A DNA stretch of 64,000 nt from Candidatus Bathyarchaeota archaeon (GCA_963707955.1 OY970176.1:1152001-1216000); one strand, 5' to 3'. Positions 36,902 through 47,953 are shown, numbered from the stretch's first letter. Made by a program: numbers and translations. Notes: generated by a model from the sequence alone, not told the origin.

Positions 36902-37960
36902 ATGAAGAAGACAATAACGCTGAAAGTAGACCCTCAGGAACCCGACATAGAAAAGATTCGCATAGCGGCGGGTTTCGTCCGAAGAGGCGGGTTAGTGGCC
37001 TTTCCCACCGAAACAGTGTATGGTCTTGGGACGGATGCCTTGAACTCGAAGGCTGTTTTAGCCCTTTTTGATGCGAAGAAGCGTCCACTCGACAACCCTC
37101 CGATCGTGCATGTGGGTCATGTGAGGGATGTTCGCAGGTTGGTTGAAGACGTTTCCTCTGAGGGGGAGAAGCTGATGAGAGAGTTCTGGCCTGGACCGCT
37201 AACGTTGATTTTCAGACGCTCGAAGATTGTGCCAGACGTGACTGTTGCTGGGTTGGACACGATTGCGATAAGAATGCCGAGGCACAATGTTGCATTGGCC
37301 CTGATCAGGGAAAGCCGCTGCCCAATTTCGGCGCCGAGCGCAAATCTCGCGGGAAAGCCGAGTCCAACGTTGGCAAGGCATGTCTTAGATGACCTTAACG
37401 GTAGGATAGACGCCGTTTTGGATGCTGGACCGACAAACATAGGAGTGGAGTCCACCGTTCTGGACTTAACTGTTAACCCGCCTCAAGTGCTACGTCCAGG
37501 CGGGACGCCGTTTGAGTTGTTGAAGAAAGCTCTTGGCAGAGTGGAGCTTAATCCAGTCGTCACAGCTGAGAAGCCGTTGCCCGTTGAGAAGGCTCGCTCG
37601 CCAGGGGTCAAGCATAAGCATTATGCTCCTAACGCTGATGTTGTGGTAGTTGAAGGGAAATTGCCCGCAGTAGTTGAAAAAGTTGTCGAGTTAACGAAGT
37701 TCTACAAGCGCAGAGGGAGCCCAGTCGGCGTTCTTTGCACGGATGAGACCGCTCAATACTACGATGCAGACGTTGTGAAGTCTCTCGGAAGCAGAAGCGA
37801 TTTGGCCGAAGTCGCTCGAAACCTGTTCAGGCTTCTGAGGGAGTTTAACCTGGAAAAAGTGGACGTGATCGTCGCGGAGGGCTTGCCACTTGAAGGATTA
37901 GGGCTTGCTGTTATGAACAGGCTTCGCAAGGCTGCCGGATACAACATTGTCAAAGCGTAA
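36902..37960 (+). CDS. sua5: L-threonylcarbamoyladenylate synthase Sua5
   Basis: FPTETVYGLG, K.RP.DNP.IVH, FWPGPLT, APSAN, GVESTV, SPG.K..HYAP, A.MNRL.KAA. Confidence 0.95.
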   Translation: MKKTITLKVDPQEPDIEKIRIAAGFVRRGGLVAFPTETVYGLGTDALNSKAVLALFDAKKRPLDNPPIVHVGHVRDVRRLVEDVSSEGEKLMREFWPGPLTLIFRRSKIVPDVTVAGLDTIAIRMPRHNVALALIRESRCPISAPSANLAGKPSPTLARHVLDDLNGRIDAVLDAGPTNIGVESTVLDLTVNPPQVLRPGGTPFELLKKALGRVELNPVVTAEKPLPVEKARSPGVKHKHYAPNADVVVVEGKLPAVVEKVVELTKFYKRRGSPVGVLCTDETAQYYDADVVKSLGSRSDLAEVARNLFRLLREFNLEKVDVIVAEGLPLEGLGLAVMNRLRKAAGYNIVKA

Positions 37961-38013
37961 ATTCTTTTCAGGAGAGCGTAGCAGACTGTGAACTGCCCAA
38001 CTTGAGACTTCCC

Positions 38014-39675
38014 CTACTTAAGCATGGGCATCTTGATGCTCTTCTCTTTAGCCATCTTTTGCGCGTTCTCGTAGCCCGCGTCTGCGTGGCGGACTATGGC
38101 CAACCCTGGGTCGGATGTCAGCACGGTGACTAATCTTTTCTCCATTTCCTTGGTTCCATCCGCAACCAAGCACATTCCAGCGTGGATGCTGTAGCCTATT
38201 CCAACACCCCCGCCGTGATGTACGCTTACCCATGTAGCGCCGCCGACGGCGTTTATCAAAGCGTTGAGTATCGGCCAGTCTGCGACTGCGTCACTGCCGT
38301 CTTTCATGCCCTCGGTCTCGCGGTTTGGTGAAGCCACGCTTCCGCCGTCCAAATGGTCGCGGCCTATCCAAACGGGCCCCGAGATGTCTCCGTTCGCGAC
38401 CATGGTGTTGATGGTTTTTCCAAACCTTGCGCGTTCACCGAAACCGAGCCAGCAGACCCGGGCTGGTAAGCCTTGAAACTTCACCTGTTCTTTGGCTTTT
38501 CTTATCCACCGGCACAATTCCTTGTTGTACGCGAAGTCTTTCAGAATGACATCATCGAGCTTGTAGACGTCGTCTTCGCTGCCGACGAGTGACGCCCAAC
38601 GGAACGGGCCCTTTCCCTCGCAGAACTTGGGCCGTATGTATCGCATCACGAAACCCGGGTACGAGAAGGCTTCTTTAAAACCGGCTTTGTAGGCTTGTTC
38701 TCGCAGGTTGTTGCCGTAATCAAAAGTGACGGCGCCTTTGCGCATCATTCTGACCATGGTCTCTACTTGCAGACGCATGCTTGAACTTGCACGTCGGCAG
38801 TATTCTTTCGGGTCGCTCTTTCGCAGCTCGTCTGCATCTTCCTTGCTCAGACCGGCGGGGTAGTAGCCGTTCAGCGGATCATGCGCGCTAGTCTGGTCAG
38901 TCAGGACGTCAGGTATGATGCCTCGATTCAGAAGTTCAGGATACACCTCCGCAGCGTTGCCCAGCAGGCCGATGCTTCTTGGAACGCCCTGTTTCTTCGC
39001 TTCCAAGGCAAGGTTCACAGCTTCGTCCAAGCTGTCCGTCCATGTTTCCAAGTATCCGTGCTTACACGTGCGGTCAATTGCCCGTTTGTCTATCTCAACG
39101 ACGAGCGCAACGCCCTCGTTCATCGTAACCGCCAAAGGCTGAGTTCCACCCATCTCACCCAGACCTGCCGTCAACTCAAGCTTTCCGCGCAGGTTTCCAC
39201 CGAAGTGCTCCTTAGCGACTTCGGCCAAGGTTTCGTAAGTGCCCTGCAGGATGCCCTGCGTTCCAATGTAGGCCCAAGACCCCGCCGTCATCTGTCCATA
39301 CATGATTAAGCCTTTCTGCTCCAACTCGTAAAAATAGTCCCAGTTGGCCCAATTTGGCACAAGCATAGCGTTGACGATCAGAGCCCTCGGAGCCCACTCG
39401 TGCGTCTTGAAAACCGCCACAGGCTTGCCGCTTTGGATGAGCATTGTTTCATCGGTTTCGAGTTCGGTTAACGTTTCGACTATGCGGTCGAAACACTCCC
39501 AGCTCCGAGCAGCCCGACCGGTTCCACCGTAAACAATAAGCCTGTCAGGGTCCTTGGCCACGTCGGGGTCAAGAACGTTGCAGAGCATCCGCAGAATTCC
39601 TTCAATCTGCCAGTTCTTGCAATGCAGCTCGTGGCCAGTCAGGCATCGAATAGGCCTAGTGAGCTTGATCAACAT
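38014..39675 (-). CDS. hutU: Urocanate hydratase
   Basis: [62 protein letters not shown]. Confidence 0.97.
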   Translation of the reverse strand: MLIKLTRPIRCLTGHELHCKNWQIEGILRMLCNVLDPDVAKDPDRLIVYGGTGRAARSWECFDRIVETLTELETDETMLIQSGKPVAVFKTHEWAPRALIVNAMLVPNWANWDYFYELEQKGLIMYGQMTAGSWAYIGTQGILQGTYETLAEVAKEHFGGNLRGKLELTAGLGEMGGTQPLAVTMNEGVALVVEIDKRAIDRTCKHGYLETWTDSLDEAVNLALEAKKQGVPRSIGLLGNAAEVYPELLNRGIIPDVLTDQTSAHDPLNGYYPAGLSKEDADELRKSDPKEYCRRASSSMRLQVETMVRMMRKGAVTFDYGNNLREQAYKAGFKEAFSYPGFVMRYIRPKFCEGKGPFRWASLVGSEDDVYKLDDVILKDFAYNKELCRWIRKAKEQVKFQGLPARVCWLGFGERARFGKTINTMVANGDISGPVWIGRDHLDGGSVASPNRETEGMKDGSDAVADWPILNALINAVGGATWVSVHHGGGVGIGYSIHAGMCLVADGTKEMEKRLVTVLTSDPGLAIVRHADAGYENAQKMAKEKSIKMPMLK

Positions 39676-39754
39676 GGTTCACCAGTCTCCAAAATATGTA
39701 ACCACACTTTAATTCTTTGCCCAGTTCTCTCAAGCCCTAAGAGGCTGAGGACGT

Positions 39755-41098
39755 TCACATTTCCTGTTCTTCTAAGAGGCGGAATTCGCTTCGACTTGCC
39801 TCCTTGTCGACTACCAGCCTGCCGTTCTTGATCACTTTGTCAACCAAGTTCACGCCGAAGCGGTACCCGAGGAACTTGTGGTTTGGCACCTCCAGAACGA
39901 TTATGTCGGCCTTCTTGCCGACTTCTAGGCTTCCAATTTCGCCCGCTCTGCAAACAGCGTGTGCAGCGTTGATCGTTGCCGCTGTTATGGCTTCAGCCGG
40001 CGTTAACTTCATGAAGTGACAGGCGAAGGCGATGACCAACTGTTGGTTCTCAACCCAGCAGCTTGGGTTGAAATCGGTGCCCAAAGCCACCGGAACGCCT
40101 GAGTTGATCATTTTTCGAGCATCCGCGTAACGACCGCTCATCAGGCTGAAGGCCGCTGCAGGCAGCAAAGTGGCCAAGACTCCTTTGTCAGCCATAGCCT
40201 TTATGCCTTTGTCGGAAGAAAAAAGCATGTGGTCAGCTGAGACCGCTCCGACGCTGGCGGCAAGTTCTGTCCCTCCCAGCAGACTGATCTCGTCAGCGTG
40301 CACCCTGGGCTTCAAGCCCGAGTTCTTGCCCGCCACCAAGATGCGCCTAGCTTGGTCAAGAGTGAAGACTCCTCGCTCGCAAAAAACGTCGCAGAACTCT
40401 GCGAGTCCTTTCCCAGCCACTTTGGGAATCATCTCGCTGATGATCAGACTCACATAGTCTTCTGGGCTGTTTGAAAATTCTGGAGGAACGGCGTGTGCTC
40501 CGAGGAAAGTTGGAACCAAGTCAACCGTGTGCATCTCGTTAAGGCGCTGGATGGCCTCCAGTATCTTTAACTCGTCCTTAGTCGTCAGCCCGTAGCCGCT
40601 CTTAGCCTCCACAGTTGTCGTTCCGTGCTCCAACATGGCGTTCAGTGTCTCAGTGCCGTTTTCAACGAGCTTTTCGACGCTTGCTCTCCGCGTCTCTCTG
40701 ACAGTTTTCAGGATGCCGCCGCCCGCGTCGAGGATCTCCATGTAGGGAGCCCCTTCGACCCGCATCTGAAACTCGTCCTCTCTTGAGCCAGCAAAGACAA
40801 GGTGCGTGTGTGGGTCGATGAAGCCTGGCAACACTGTTTTGCCGCTGGCGTTCACGACGTTTTCAGCCTTGTAAACCTTCGTGATTTCGGACGTGCTTCC
40901 GACTGCGGCAATTGTTCCATCCTTAACCGCTAGAGCACCGTTGCGCATTATTCCGAGATCGAGCATCTGTTTGCCGGTGCGTGGTTTTTGATTGTTGCCT
41001 CCAAGTGTAACTAGCTCGTTAGCGTTTACGATGAGCAAGTCTGCCTTTTCCTTTGCTTTTGACCGAGCGGCTTTATTCAAAGGCACCGCCTTTCTCAA
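39755..41098 (-). CDS. hutI: Imidazolonepropionase
   Basis: PGFIDPHTHLVF, GGGIL.TV, EAKSGYGL, GAHA.P, DVFCE, HADE, TDFNP. Confidence 0.95.
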   Translation of the reverse strand: MRKAVPLNKAARSKAKEKADLLIVNANELVTLGGNNQKPRTGKQMLDLGIMRNGALAVKDGTIAAVGSTSEITKVYKAENVVNASGKTVLPGFIDPHTHLVFAGSREDEFQMRVEGAPYMEILDAGGGILKTVRETRRASVEKLVENGTETLNAMLEHGTTTVEAKSGYGLTTKDELKILEAIQRLNEMHTVDLVPTFLGAHAVPPEFSNSPEDYVSLIISEMIPKVAGKGLAEFCDVFCERGVFTLDQARRILVAGKNSGLKPRVHADEISLLGGTELAASVGAVSADHMLFSSDKGIKAMADKGVLATLLPAAAFSLMSGRYADARKMINSGVPVALGTDFNPSCWVENQQLVIAFACHFMKLTPAEAITAATINAAHAVCRAGEIGSLEVGKKADIIVLEVPNHKFLGYRFGVNLVDKVIKNGRLVVDKEASRSEFRLLEEQEM

Positions 41099-42002
41099 TG
41101 GCGTCTTGAATGGCTATCTCCAGCACGCGGTCTTCCGTGAGGTTGTCGACTTTCAGGTAGTACGCTGCCACGTCTATGAGGGCTTTCAATGGCGCCATGC
41201 CGCAGAATTCTGAGCCTACTATTGGCACGTTGTAGCGTGCGGCTTCTACCTTGAGCGCTTCGAACACGCGGTAGAGAGGAGTCTTTTCGAAATCGCTTAT
41301 GCTCATGCCTATCTGTGTAATGTTCTTGTTCGGAAGGGACGCAGCCATGGCTTTGACGTTTGTGAATCCTCCCTTGGTTGCGTGCAAGGCCTTCGCGATC
41401 TTCTTGGCGACTGTGAGGTCCGCAGTGCCCAGGTTGACGTTGAAGCCGGCCATAACTCTTCTGGCTCCAGTTATCGTTGCGCCAGCCGTGCGATGCGGTT
41501 TTGATGGGCCATAGTCGGGTTTGCGTTTAGGCTTGGAAATCATTTCAGAAAGTTTCTCGTAGTCGCCTTCGCGTATCCAATCCAGGTCTTTCCGTTCAGG
41601 TTTGGTTGCTGCCTCGCCGTACAAGTAAACTGGCAACCCGCATTTTTTGGCCAGAGCTTGTCCAAATTCTTTGGCAAGTTCAACACAATCCTCCATCGTC
41701 ACATTCTTTGACGGTATGAACGGGACAACATCAACGGCTCCGATTCTCGGATGCTGACCCTTATGTTTTCGCATGTCGATCAGTTCTACGGCTTTGAAGG
41801 ACATGTTTAGCGCGGCTTCAAGAACCGATTTCTTATTGCCCACGAATGAGACTACTAAGCGATTGTAATGATCGTCATAAGTTTGGTCAAGCAAGAAGGC
41901 GTTCCTGGTCTTCTTAAGTTCGTTGAGAATTGATTTTACAACCTTAGGGTCTGAAGTGCTGAAATTCGGAACGCACTCGACAATCTCCAAACGCCATCTC
42001 AC
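41073..42002 (-). CDS. ftcD: Glutamate formiminotransferase (FT domain only)
   Basis: VECVPNFS, D..YNR.V, HKGQHPRIGAVDVVPF, GAR, FNVNL; no cyclodeaminase domain. Confidence 0.92.
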   Translation of the reverse strand: MRWRLEIVECVPNFSTSDPKVVKSILNELKKTRNAFLLDQTYDDHYNRLVVSFVGNKKSVLEAALNMSFKAVELIDMRKHKGQHPRIGAVDVVPFIPSKNVTMEDCVELAKEFGQALAKKCGLPVYLYGEAATKPERKDLDWIREGDYEKLSEMISKPKRKPDYGPSKPHRTAGATITGARRVMAGFNVNLGTADLTVAKKIAKALHATKGGFTNVKAMAASLPNKNITQIGMSISDFEKTPLYRVFEALKVEAARYNVPIVGSEFCGMAPLKALIDVAAYYLKVDNLTEDRVLEIAIQDAIEKGGAFE

Positions 42003-42237
42003 CAGCTTAAAACAACTCGCAACACGAGGTAATTAAAACAACTGGTCGAATAAAGGCATTCTATCCTGACACAACCTACCAAAGTAAAAAAGAGGGATTA
42101 CGCCTTGCGAACGGTGATTCAGCCGTCAGCGTTTTTCTCGATTTTGAACAGCATGTGCCAAGCGTCGCGCCCCTGCTCACTTTAGTGGGTCGTCGATAAA
42201 GTGTGCGCGCTAATTCGGAACGTGATTTCAGTTAGCT

Positions 42238-43023
42238 CTAGGATAGGTCAGGCTTGCTTAATGATTCCAGTTGCGCGGGTTCCCAGACAGCCAGTTCCTC
42301 AATAATCCTCCTCTCGAACCTTTCCTTTCCTTTCATCGCAATAATCTTCTCGACAATGCGCTTGTGCACTTCCTCTGGCACGTCATGGATCATGAAGGGA
42401 CTCCTCCGCTCAAACTTGTTGAACGCCTCTTCCAAGGTCATCGAGACCATCTCGTCCCTTATCGTTTCGAGCTTCAACGGTGGCACCCTGGTCCTTATCT
42501 CCTGTTCATTCTGCCACATTCGCCTTCTGTCTGTCCTTCTGACGGGATAGCCCGCCTCCTCCCTCAGGCATAGGTAGAGCGCACCGACACCCGTCCCATC
42601 TGATCCCCACTGATTCATCAATCCCGGCCTCTGTCTCAGCAAAGAGATGACGTTCCTTTTTGTAACCCTTCCCACATCCCGCATGACTTTGGGCCAATCC
42701 GCGATGATGTGCAGAACGTGAATCACGATTGCCGCGTCAAATGATTTATCCCCGAAGGGCATTTCATGCATGTCTGCTAGCACCAGGTTATCCACCCCTT
42801 TCTCTCTTGCCTTCAGCATCATATTGCGCGAGATATCCACACCGGTTATGTGGAATCCAAGTTCAGAGAGAGGTTTTGCGAACCTACCCGTTCCCACACC
42901 AACATCGAGAACTGTCTTGCATCCTTTCAGCGCGTCTGATATCGCACTGATCTCAGCATCAGTAGCGGGTTCTCTGGTCGAGTCGTATATGTCAGCTATG
43001 CTATCGAACTCTGTAACCACCAA
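42238..43023 (-). CDS. Class I SAM-dependent methyltransferase
   Basis: FD.IA..YD.TR, LDVGVGTGRF, GVDIS..M, PF.D.SFD. Confidence 0.88.
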   Translation of the reverse strand: MVVTEFDSIADIYDSTREPATDAEISAISDALKGCKTVLDVGVGTGRFAKPLSELGFHITGVDISRNMMLKAREKGVDNLVLADMHEMPFGDKSFDAAIVIHVLHIIADWPKVMRDVGRVTKRNVISLLRQRPGLMNQWGSDGTGVGALYLCLREEAGYPVRRTDRRRMWQNEQEIRTRVPPLKLETIRDEMVSMTLEEAFNKFERRSPFMIHDVPEEVHKRIVEKIIAMKGKERFERRIIEELAVWEPAQLESLSKPDLS

Positions 43024-43254
43024 ACCCGTTCACTGACGATCAGGATTCGGATTCTACGATAAAAGGATGTTTTCAAATAGCTGTTGATTTCATTCTCCGG
43101 ATCAGGATCAACGATGCCACTGCTGGATTAAGATATGAGGAAAAAAATGATGCGCTGCTTAATGGAACGAGAACGCACAATTCTGCAGCTCGCACGGCAA
43201 GGGCTAAGTGACTACAAGAGAGCCCGTAAGATTAGCACCGATCGTAGCGCGAGC

Positions 43255-43875
43255 TTATTTGATTAGGTATTTCGAGAAGTATCTTGTCCAATCCACTTTA
43301 AACATTGCAACTGCCAGTACTATTCCAACGACCGTGCCGATCAATACTGATACTAAGTTGCTTCCTTCGCCAAACAGGTTTGCGATGATGCCTATTGAGA
43401 ATCTACCGCCATAAGCTACAAGCAGGCTGACGAGGAATTTTCCCACTAAAGCCGGGGGAAAGGCTTTGATTGGATTGTAATGGGCAGCGCCGAGTGGAAT
43501 GAAAACTAAGTTATCAGGCAAAGGTGTCAGGGCGAAAGCAAAAATTGCGAGGGCACCGAACTTGTTGAAGACTTGGGCCAAAAAATCCGCATTCTTCTTG
43601 AAGCTTCCTGTCATAGCTTTTCTACTGCTAAAACCCAGTAAGTACCCCGATGATTGTCCGATCGTCGCGCCGATTGTTGCGGCCGAGGCAATCAGTAGAG
43701 GCTCGAAAACCCAGCTGCCCCCAACCTTGAAGCCTGCTAGAGTAAAGACGACGATGGTGTCAGGAACAGGCACAATGATGGACAAGGCGCCGGCTAGACT
43801 TGCGATGAATATCCCAAAATACCCATACTGCAAGAAAAGATACCGCATCCAAGCGATGATATCTTGTAACTGCAA
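43255..43875 (-). CDS. DedA/VTT (SNARE-associated) membrane protein
   Basis: YGYFGIF, PVP, GA.IG...GY.LG, FALTPLPD....PLG, GK. Confidence 0.85.
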   Translation of the reverse strand: MQLQDIIAWMRYLFLQYGYFGIFIASLAGALSIIVPVPDTIVVFTLAGFKVGGSWVFEPLLIASAATIGATIGQSSGYLLGFSSRKAMTGSFKKNADFLAQVFNKFGALAIFAFALTPLPDNLVFIPLGAAHYNPIKAFPPALVGKFLVSLLVAYGGRFSIGIIANLFGEGSNLVSVLIGTVVGIVLAVAMFKVDWTRYFSKYLIK

Positions 43876-44187
43876 CGCCGTTCCTCTTTTGTCTAGGTCT
43901 TAACCCGAATTCAGTGCCTTGGGTTATTAACTGTTTTTCAAAATCACGCAAGAATCTATTCATAATGTGATGATACAGTTCGAATATCTGCAGGTTTGCT
44001 ACCGTAGGAAGCACGTGCAATGGCGTCAGGCGTACAACAAAAAACCAAGTGTAAAAGTTTCCCCGGCAATCGTGCTAGAACCAACTAGCTAGAAGAGTTT
44101 GTGACTTGGAACTGCCCAGTTTTCGTTTGCGTTTTCTAAAGATTCTGACTTCTCGATGTCTATCGAACCTAGAAGCTTATGCTTTGT

Positions 44188-44410
44188 CTATGCCTGCATA
44201 ATCATTCTTATAGTTTTTATTTCATGCTTGGAGATCGGCATTTCAATGGTTTTGTCTTGGATGGATATCTTTCGGGTCCCATTTTCCATAAGGAAAGTTT
44301 CCTCAGCACTTTTGGAGGTTTCGGATAAACTAATCACTGCCTTTGTATCTTCGCCCGACGTCTCGTAGAACCGCATGATGATGTCGTCTGAGTCGCGCGG
44401 CTCGGCGGCA
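44188..44410 (-). pseudogene. Orphan C-terminal fragment of a GH38 alpha-mannosidase
   Basis: SDDIIMRFYETSG...AEETFLME...I....EIKTIR resembles the GH38 terminal beta-sandwich; no catalytic domain upstream. Confidence 0.6.
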
Positions 44411-44562
44411 ATAATACTTTGCAGACCGAAGTGAAAAACCGATACGAAATCAGCGAGGCGGATACGAAAAACCTTAGAAAGGCTTCGAGTATAGTGTAGA
44501 CAACGCTTGTCAAGCATTCGCTGAATTGCGCTTGCTGGAGCGAAAACAGAGGTGGAGTCAGC

Positions 44563-44994
44563 ATGGATGAAATCTTGGAGACATTGAGAAAAACGGCTTC
44601 GAGAACGCAAAAACTGTTCGACGACAACAAAGATGCGTCCTTAAAAAGGATAGAAAGTTACGATGCAACACTCAAGTCTGAGAAAGCGTCTGAAACACAA
44701 AAAGCTCAGGCTTCGCTCATGAAAACGCTGGAGTACGACCGGTTGGAAAGGTGGTCCTCTCAGCTGAGTCTTCTGTATATTCTTCAGATGTTCGCTTTCA
44801 AAGTCAAGATTCTGCAAATATCAATCGCCAAGATCGGAGAGCAGCTTCAGAAATCGGAGCTTATTGAAAAGACCAATGAAATTGAGGATGCCAAGAACGA
44901 TGTTGAAAAGCTGAAGATACTTTTGGAAGCTCAGTACGAGTTGATCAGACAGATTGGGGAAGGGCGCAAAGAGGATCTTTTCTACATTTCCTAA
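44563..44994 (+). CDS. Hypothetical coiled-coil protein
   Basis: 143-aa helical ORF with SD GAGGTG upstream. Confidence 0.7.
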   Translation: MDEILETLRKTASRTQKLFDDNKDASLKRIESYDATLKSEKASETQKAQASLMKTLEYDRLERWSSQLSLLYILQMFAFKVKILQISIAKIGEQLQKSELIEKTNEIEDAKNDVEKLKILLEAQYELIRQIGEGRKEDLFYIS

Positions 44995-45045
44995 CCGAGC
45001 AGCGCACTCGGGCTTTTAAATTTATAAGGTCTCAGCCGATTCTCT

Positions 45046-45669
45046 ATGAAGCAGAAGGAAGACGTTTTGCCCTTGGAACTGAAGTTTGAAGCTCCGTCTT
45101 GGAATCAAATATATGACATGCTCCTAGACTTGGCCGACAGAATAAGAAAGGACGGCTTCAAGCCAGACATAATTGTGGGTGTTTCAAGGGGAGGGTGGCC
45201 GCCTGCGCGGGTTCTGTCTGACTTGCTGAGCAACCCGAACCTCGCCAACGTTAGAGCCGAGTTTTATGTTGGTGTTGCGGAGACAAAATGTGAACCTGCA
45301 CTGACCCAGCCGATATCAGTGGCCGTTGCTGGGAAGAGAGTGTTGATTGTAGACGAGGTTGCGGACACTGGGAAAACTCTGAAGCTCGTGAAGGAACACA
45401 TCATCGAGCAAGGCGCTGTAGAAGCCAGAACAGCCACGGCGTATTGCAAACCGCGGAATATTGTCAAACCCGACTACTACTCGAAGGAAACAGGTGACTG
45501 GATAATCTTTCCGTGGGAAGTGAAGGAAACGATTCGCAAAATCACCATTGAATGCAGAGAAAACGGGAAACCTGTAGAAGAAGAAGCTGAAAAGCTTAGA
45601 AAAGCTGGGATACCAGACCCACTGGTCAAAAGGTTCCTGAAGGAAATCCTTGAGGAAGAAACGTGCTGA
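45046..45669 (+). CDS. Purine phosphoribosyltransferase (type I PRT)
   Basis: PDIIVGVSRGG, PRPP loop VLIVDEVADTGKT, PDYY, WIIFPWE. Confidence 0.92.
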   Translation: MKQKEDVLPLELKFEAPSWNQIYDMLLDLADRIRKDGFKPDIIVGVSRGGWPPARVLSDLLSNPNLANVRAEFYVGVAETKCEPALTQPISVAVAGKRVLIVDEVADTGKTLKLVKEHIIEQGAVEARTATAYCKPRNIVKPDYYSKETGDWIIFPWEVKETIRKITIECRENGKPVEEEAEKLRKAGIPDPLVKRFLKEILEEETC

Positions 45670-46229
45670 AGCACATCGAAGAGTTCAAAATTTACGTAGA
45701 GATAAGCGGTTTCAAAAACGTGAAAATCAGTCAAGCCAAAGAATTCTTGGACAAGGTCAGCAAGGAAAAACCAGCTGGCGTTGAGGTTCAATTCTTTGAT
45801 GCGAGACGCGTTGCCACGTGGCAGCACCTGTTCTTTGCCGCGTTGAATGCACTTACAGCGTTCAAAAACAAGGAGAACATTTCGAAGACTCTGGCCATGG
45901 AGAGTTTGCTGTACGCTGCAGCTGAACGGCAGATAACAAGGGCAGTGGAGCTTGTTGGAATCGCAGCGACCTCGTCGGACGTGGCCGTGTTGATAATTGG
46001 AAAAGAACCTCGTAAAATGGAGTCGGCCCTCTTAATGGTTTCGAAGAACATCGGCGGTCAACGTGATGAAAAAGTTCTTGAATTGTCGAAGGATAAAGTG
46101 GTAACGATTCGAAGGGTCTTCGATATTTTGGAGGCAGAGCTCAGAACAGTCATGGAAAAGAATGATGTGGATAAAGCCATGACCGACCTTGTCGTTGAGA
46201 GGATGGCCTTGTTGGCCACTCAGCGTTAG
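45663..46229 (+). CDS. cgi121: KEOPS complex subunit Cgi121
   Basis: QFFDA.....HL..A...A, NISK....E.LLYAA.ERQI..A...G, C-terminal VERMALL. Confidence 0.88.
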   Translation: MLKHIEEFKIYVEISGFKNVKISQAKEFLDKVSKEKPAGVEVQFFDARRVATWQHLFFAALNALTAFKNKENISKTLAMESLLYAAAERQITRAVELVGIAATSSDVAVLIIGKEPRKMESALLMVSKNIGGQRDEKVLELSKDKVVTIRRVFDILEAELRTVMEKNDVDKAMTDLVVERMALLATQR

Positions 46230-46230
46230 G

Positions 46231-46767
46231 CTAGAGCACTTTCTCCTTCAGGACAGATAGGATCTCATCCGGTTTTGCTATTGACACGCCTGTCAGCCCA
46301 CCCACAACTTCGACCAGCAGGATCTTGTCAGGCTTTGTCAAGTTCACTTTTCTTTTGATAACCGCGGCAGCCGCCTCAATTATGTCTCTCGAATGTGTTT
46401 CTGTGATACGCTTCTCAACCCTAACTCTGAAAGTCTCGCCCTCAGCTACTTTCGAACCAAGTTCTTTGGCGGCGGATTGAATCTGCTCCAAACTGGTGTG
46501 CACAACCTTTTCTATGGGAATCACTCTCAGCATGTAGCGAAACTCGTAGGGACGCTCTTGCAGAATTTCGCGGAATTTTCTTATCGCGTCATATGGGTCA
46601 AGGGTTGTTCGGGCGACGATCAACCCTGAAACCCCTGTTCTGTCAACAGCCGCGGTTTTGTCACCTATCTGTTCAAGCAGGTAGCGCAACTCAGAACGAG
46701 CGTGGCCCTCGTCTCTGCGGTAGGTGGTCGCCAGAAGGTTGAATTCTTTGAGCACTGTTTGCACCAC
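46231..46767 (-). CDS. THUMP domain protein (Tan1-like)
   Basis: FNLL.T, LRVIPIE, TF.V.VEKR, KVNL..PD..L.VEV.G..TGVS. Confidence 0.88.
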   Translation of the reverse strand: MVQTVLKEFNLLATTYRRDEGHARSELRYLLEQIGDKTAAVDRTGVSGLIVARTTLDPYDAIRKFREILQERPYEFRYMLRVIPIEKVVHTSLEQIQSAAKELGSKVAEGETFRVRVEKRITETHSRDIIEAAAAVIKRKVNLTKPDKILLVEVVGGLTGVSIAKPDEILSVLKEKVL

Positions 46768-46981
46768 TGCCTCAGTTTGTTTCGCAGAAATTTAACCGTT
46801 TCAAGTTGATGTGTGGTCAGTTCGGTAAATGGCTTTTTCATCGCCAGAGGCTCCTAGCCGTCGCCTCACATCATCCCAACAGTAATGTTCAACATCAGCG
46901 ATTTAATCATTTTGACGGGTTGCAGCATCAGGCTTAAATCTGATCGATCAGGTCACTATTCAAGCCTAAGGGGGAAGAAAG

Positions 46982-47953
46982 ATGAAAAGAGTGCCGAAAC
47001 CAATAATGGTTGTTCACGGCGGCGCAGGGCACTGGCAGCCCGAGCGCAGCCAGCCTGGCATTGTCGGAGTTAAGAAGGCTGCTATTGCTGGCTATGATGT
47101 CTTGAAGAACGGCGGAGAAGCAGTTGACAGTGTGATGGAAGCTGTTGCCGCTATGGAAGACCATGGAATATTCAACGCGGGCTGCGGCTCAAGCCTTAAC
47201 ATTGACAAGCAGGTCGAGATGGAAGCATCGATCATGGATGGGAAAACACTCCGGGCTGGGGCAGCCGGACTCTTGCGAGACATCAAGAACCCAGTGCGTT
47301 TAGCGAGAATAGTCATGGAAGACACTGACCACGTGTTCGTAGTGGGTGAAGGAGCGGAGAAGCTTGCTAACCTGCACAACCTTCCCAGAAGAAACCCTGT
47401 GACTGAGCTCAGGTTGAGGTATTACGAAGAGCAGAAGAAAGCCCTGCTCGAAGGGAGGTTTGAGCTTCCAAGACTTGCCGAATTGGTCAAGAAGCATCCG
47501 GAACTGTTTTGCCTCGAAACTGTGGGGGCAGTTGCCTTGGACAAAGAAGGGAACGTGGCAGCAGCAACCTCCACGGGAGGTTTTCCGCTGAAGCTGCCTG
47601 GAAGGATCGGCGATTCTCCGATAATCGGATGCGGCACTTACGCGGACAATCAAGCAGGCGCCTGTTCAGCCACAGGTGTCGGTGAAATAGCGATGCGGCT
47701 TGTTCTGGCGAAGACTGTTTGCAACCACATGGAGAGTGGAAAGTCTGGGCAGGAAGCCGTTGAGCTCGCGATAAAATTGGTGAACAAGAGACTACCAGCG
47801 GGGTACAATGCCATGGGGCTGGCTGCTATCGACATGCAGGGAAGATTTGGAGCGGCGCACAACTCACCGAACATGTGCTGGGCTTATTTAACGCCGGAAG
47901 TCAAAGAGCCTGTAGCCTCTTTGACGGGGAGAATCGTGAAAGAAACTCCGTGA
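46982..47953 (+). CDS. Isoaspartyl peptidase/L-asparaginase (Ntn hydrolase)
   Basis: VHGGAG, FNAG.GS, MEASIMDG, E|TVGAVA nucleophile, TSTGG, GRIGDSP, TG.GE. Confidence 0.93.
   Translation: MKRVPKPIMVVHGGAGHWQPERSQPGIVGVKKAAIAGYDVLKNGGEAVDSVMEAVAAMEDHGIFNAGCGSSLNIDKQVEMEASIMDGKTLRAGAAGLLRDIKNPVRLARIVMEDTDHVFVVGEGAEKLANLHNLPRRNPVTELRLRYYEEQKKALLEGRFELPRLAELVKKHPELFCLETVGAVALDKEGNVAAATSTGGFPLKLPGRIGDSPIIGCGTYADNQAGACSATGVGEIAMRLVLAKTVCNHMESGKSGQEAVELAIKLVNKRLPAGYNAMGLAAIDMQGRFGAAHNSPNMCWAYLTPEVKEPVASLTGRIVKETP

Noticed and set aside
44431-44562. In-frame TAG upstream of 44563 as pyrrolysine readthrough
   Set aside because: A good SD precedes ATG 44563 and there is no pyl evidence in the window.
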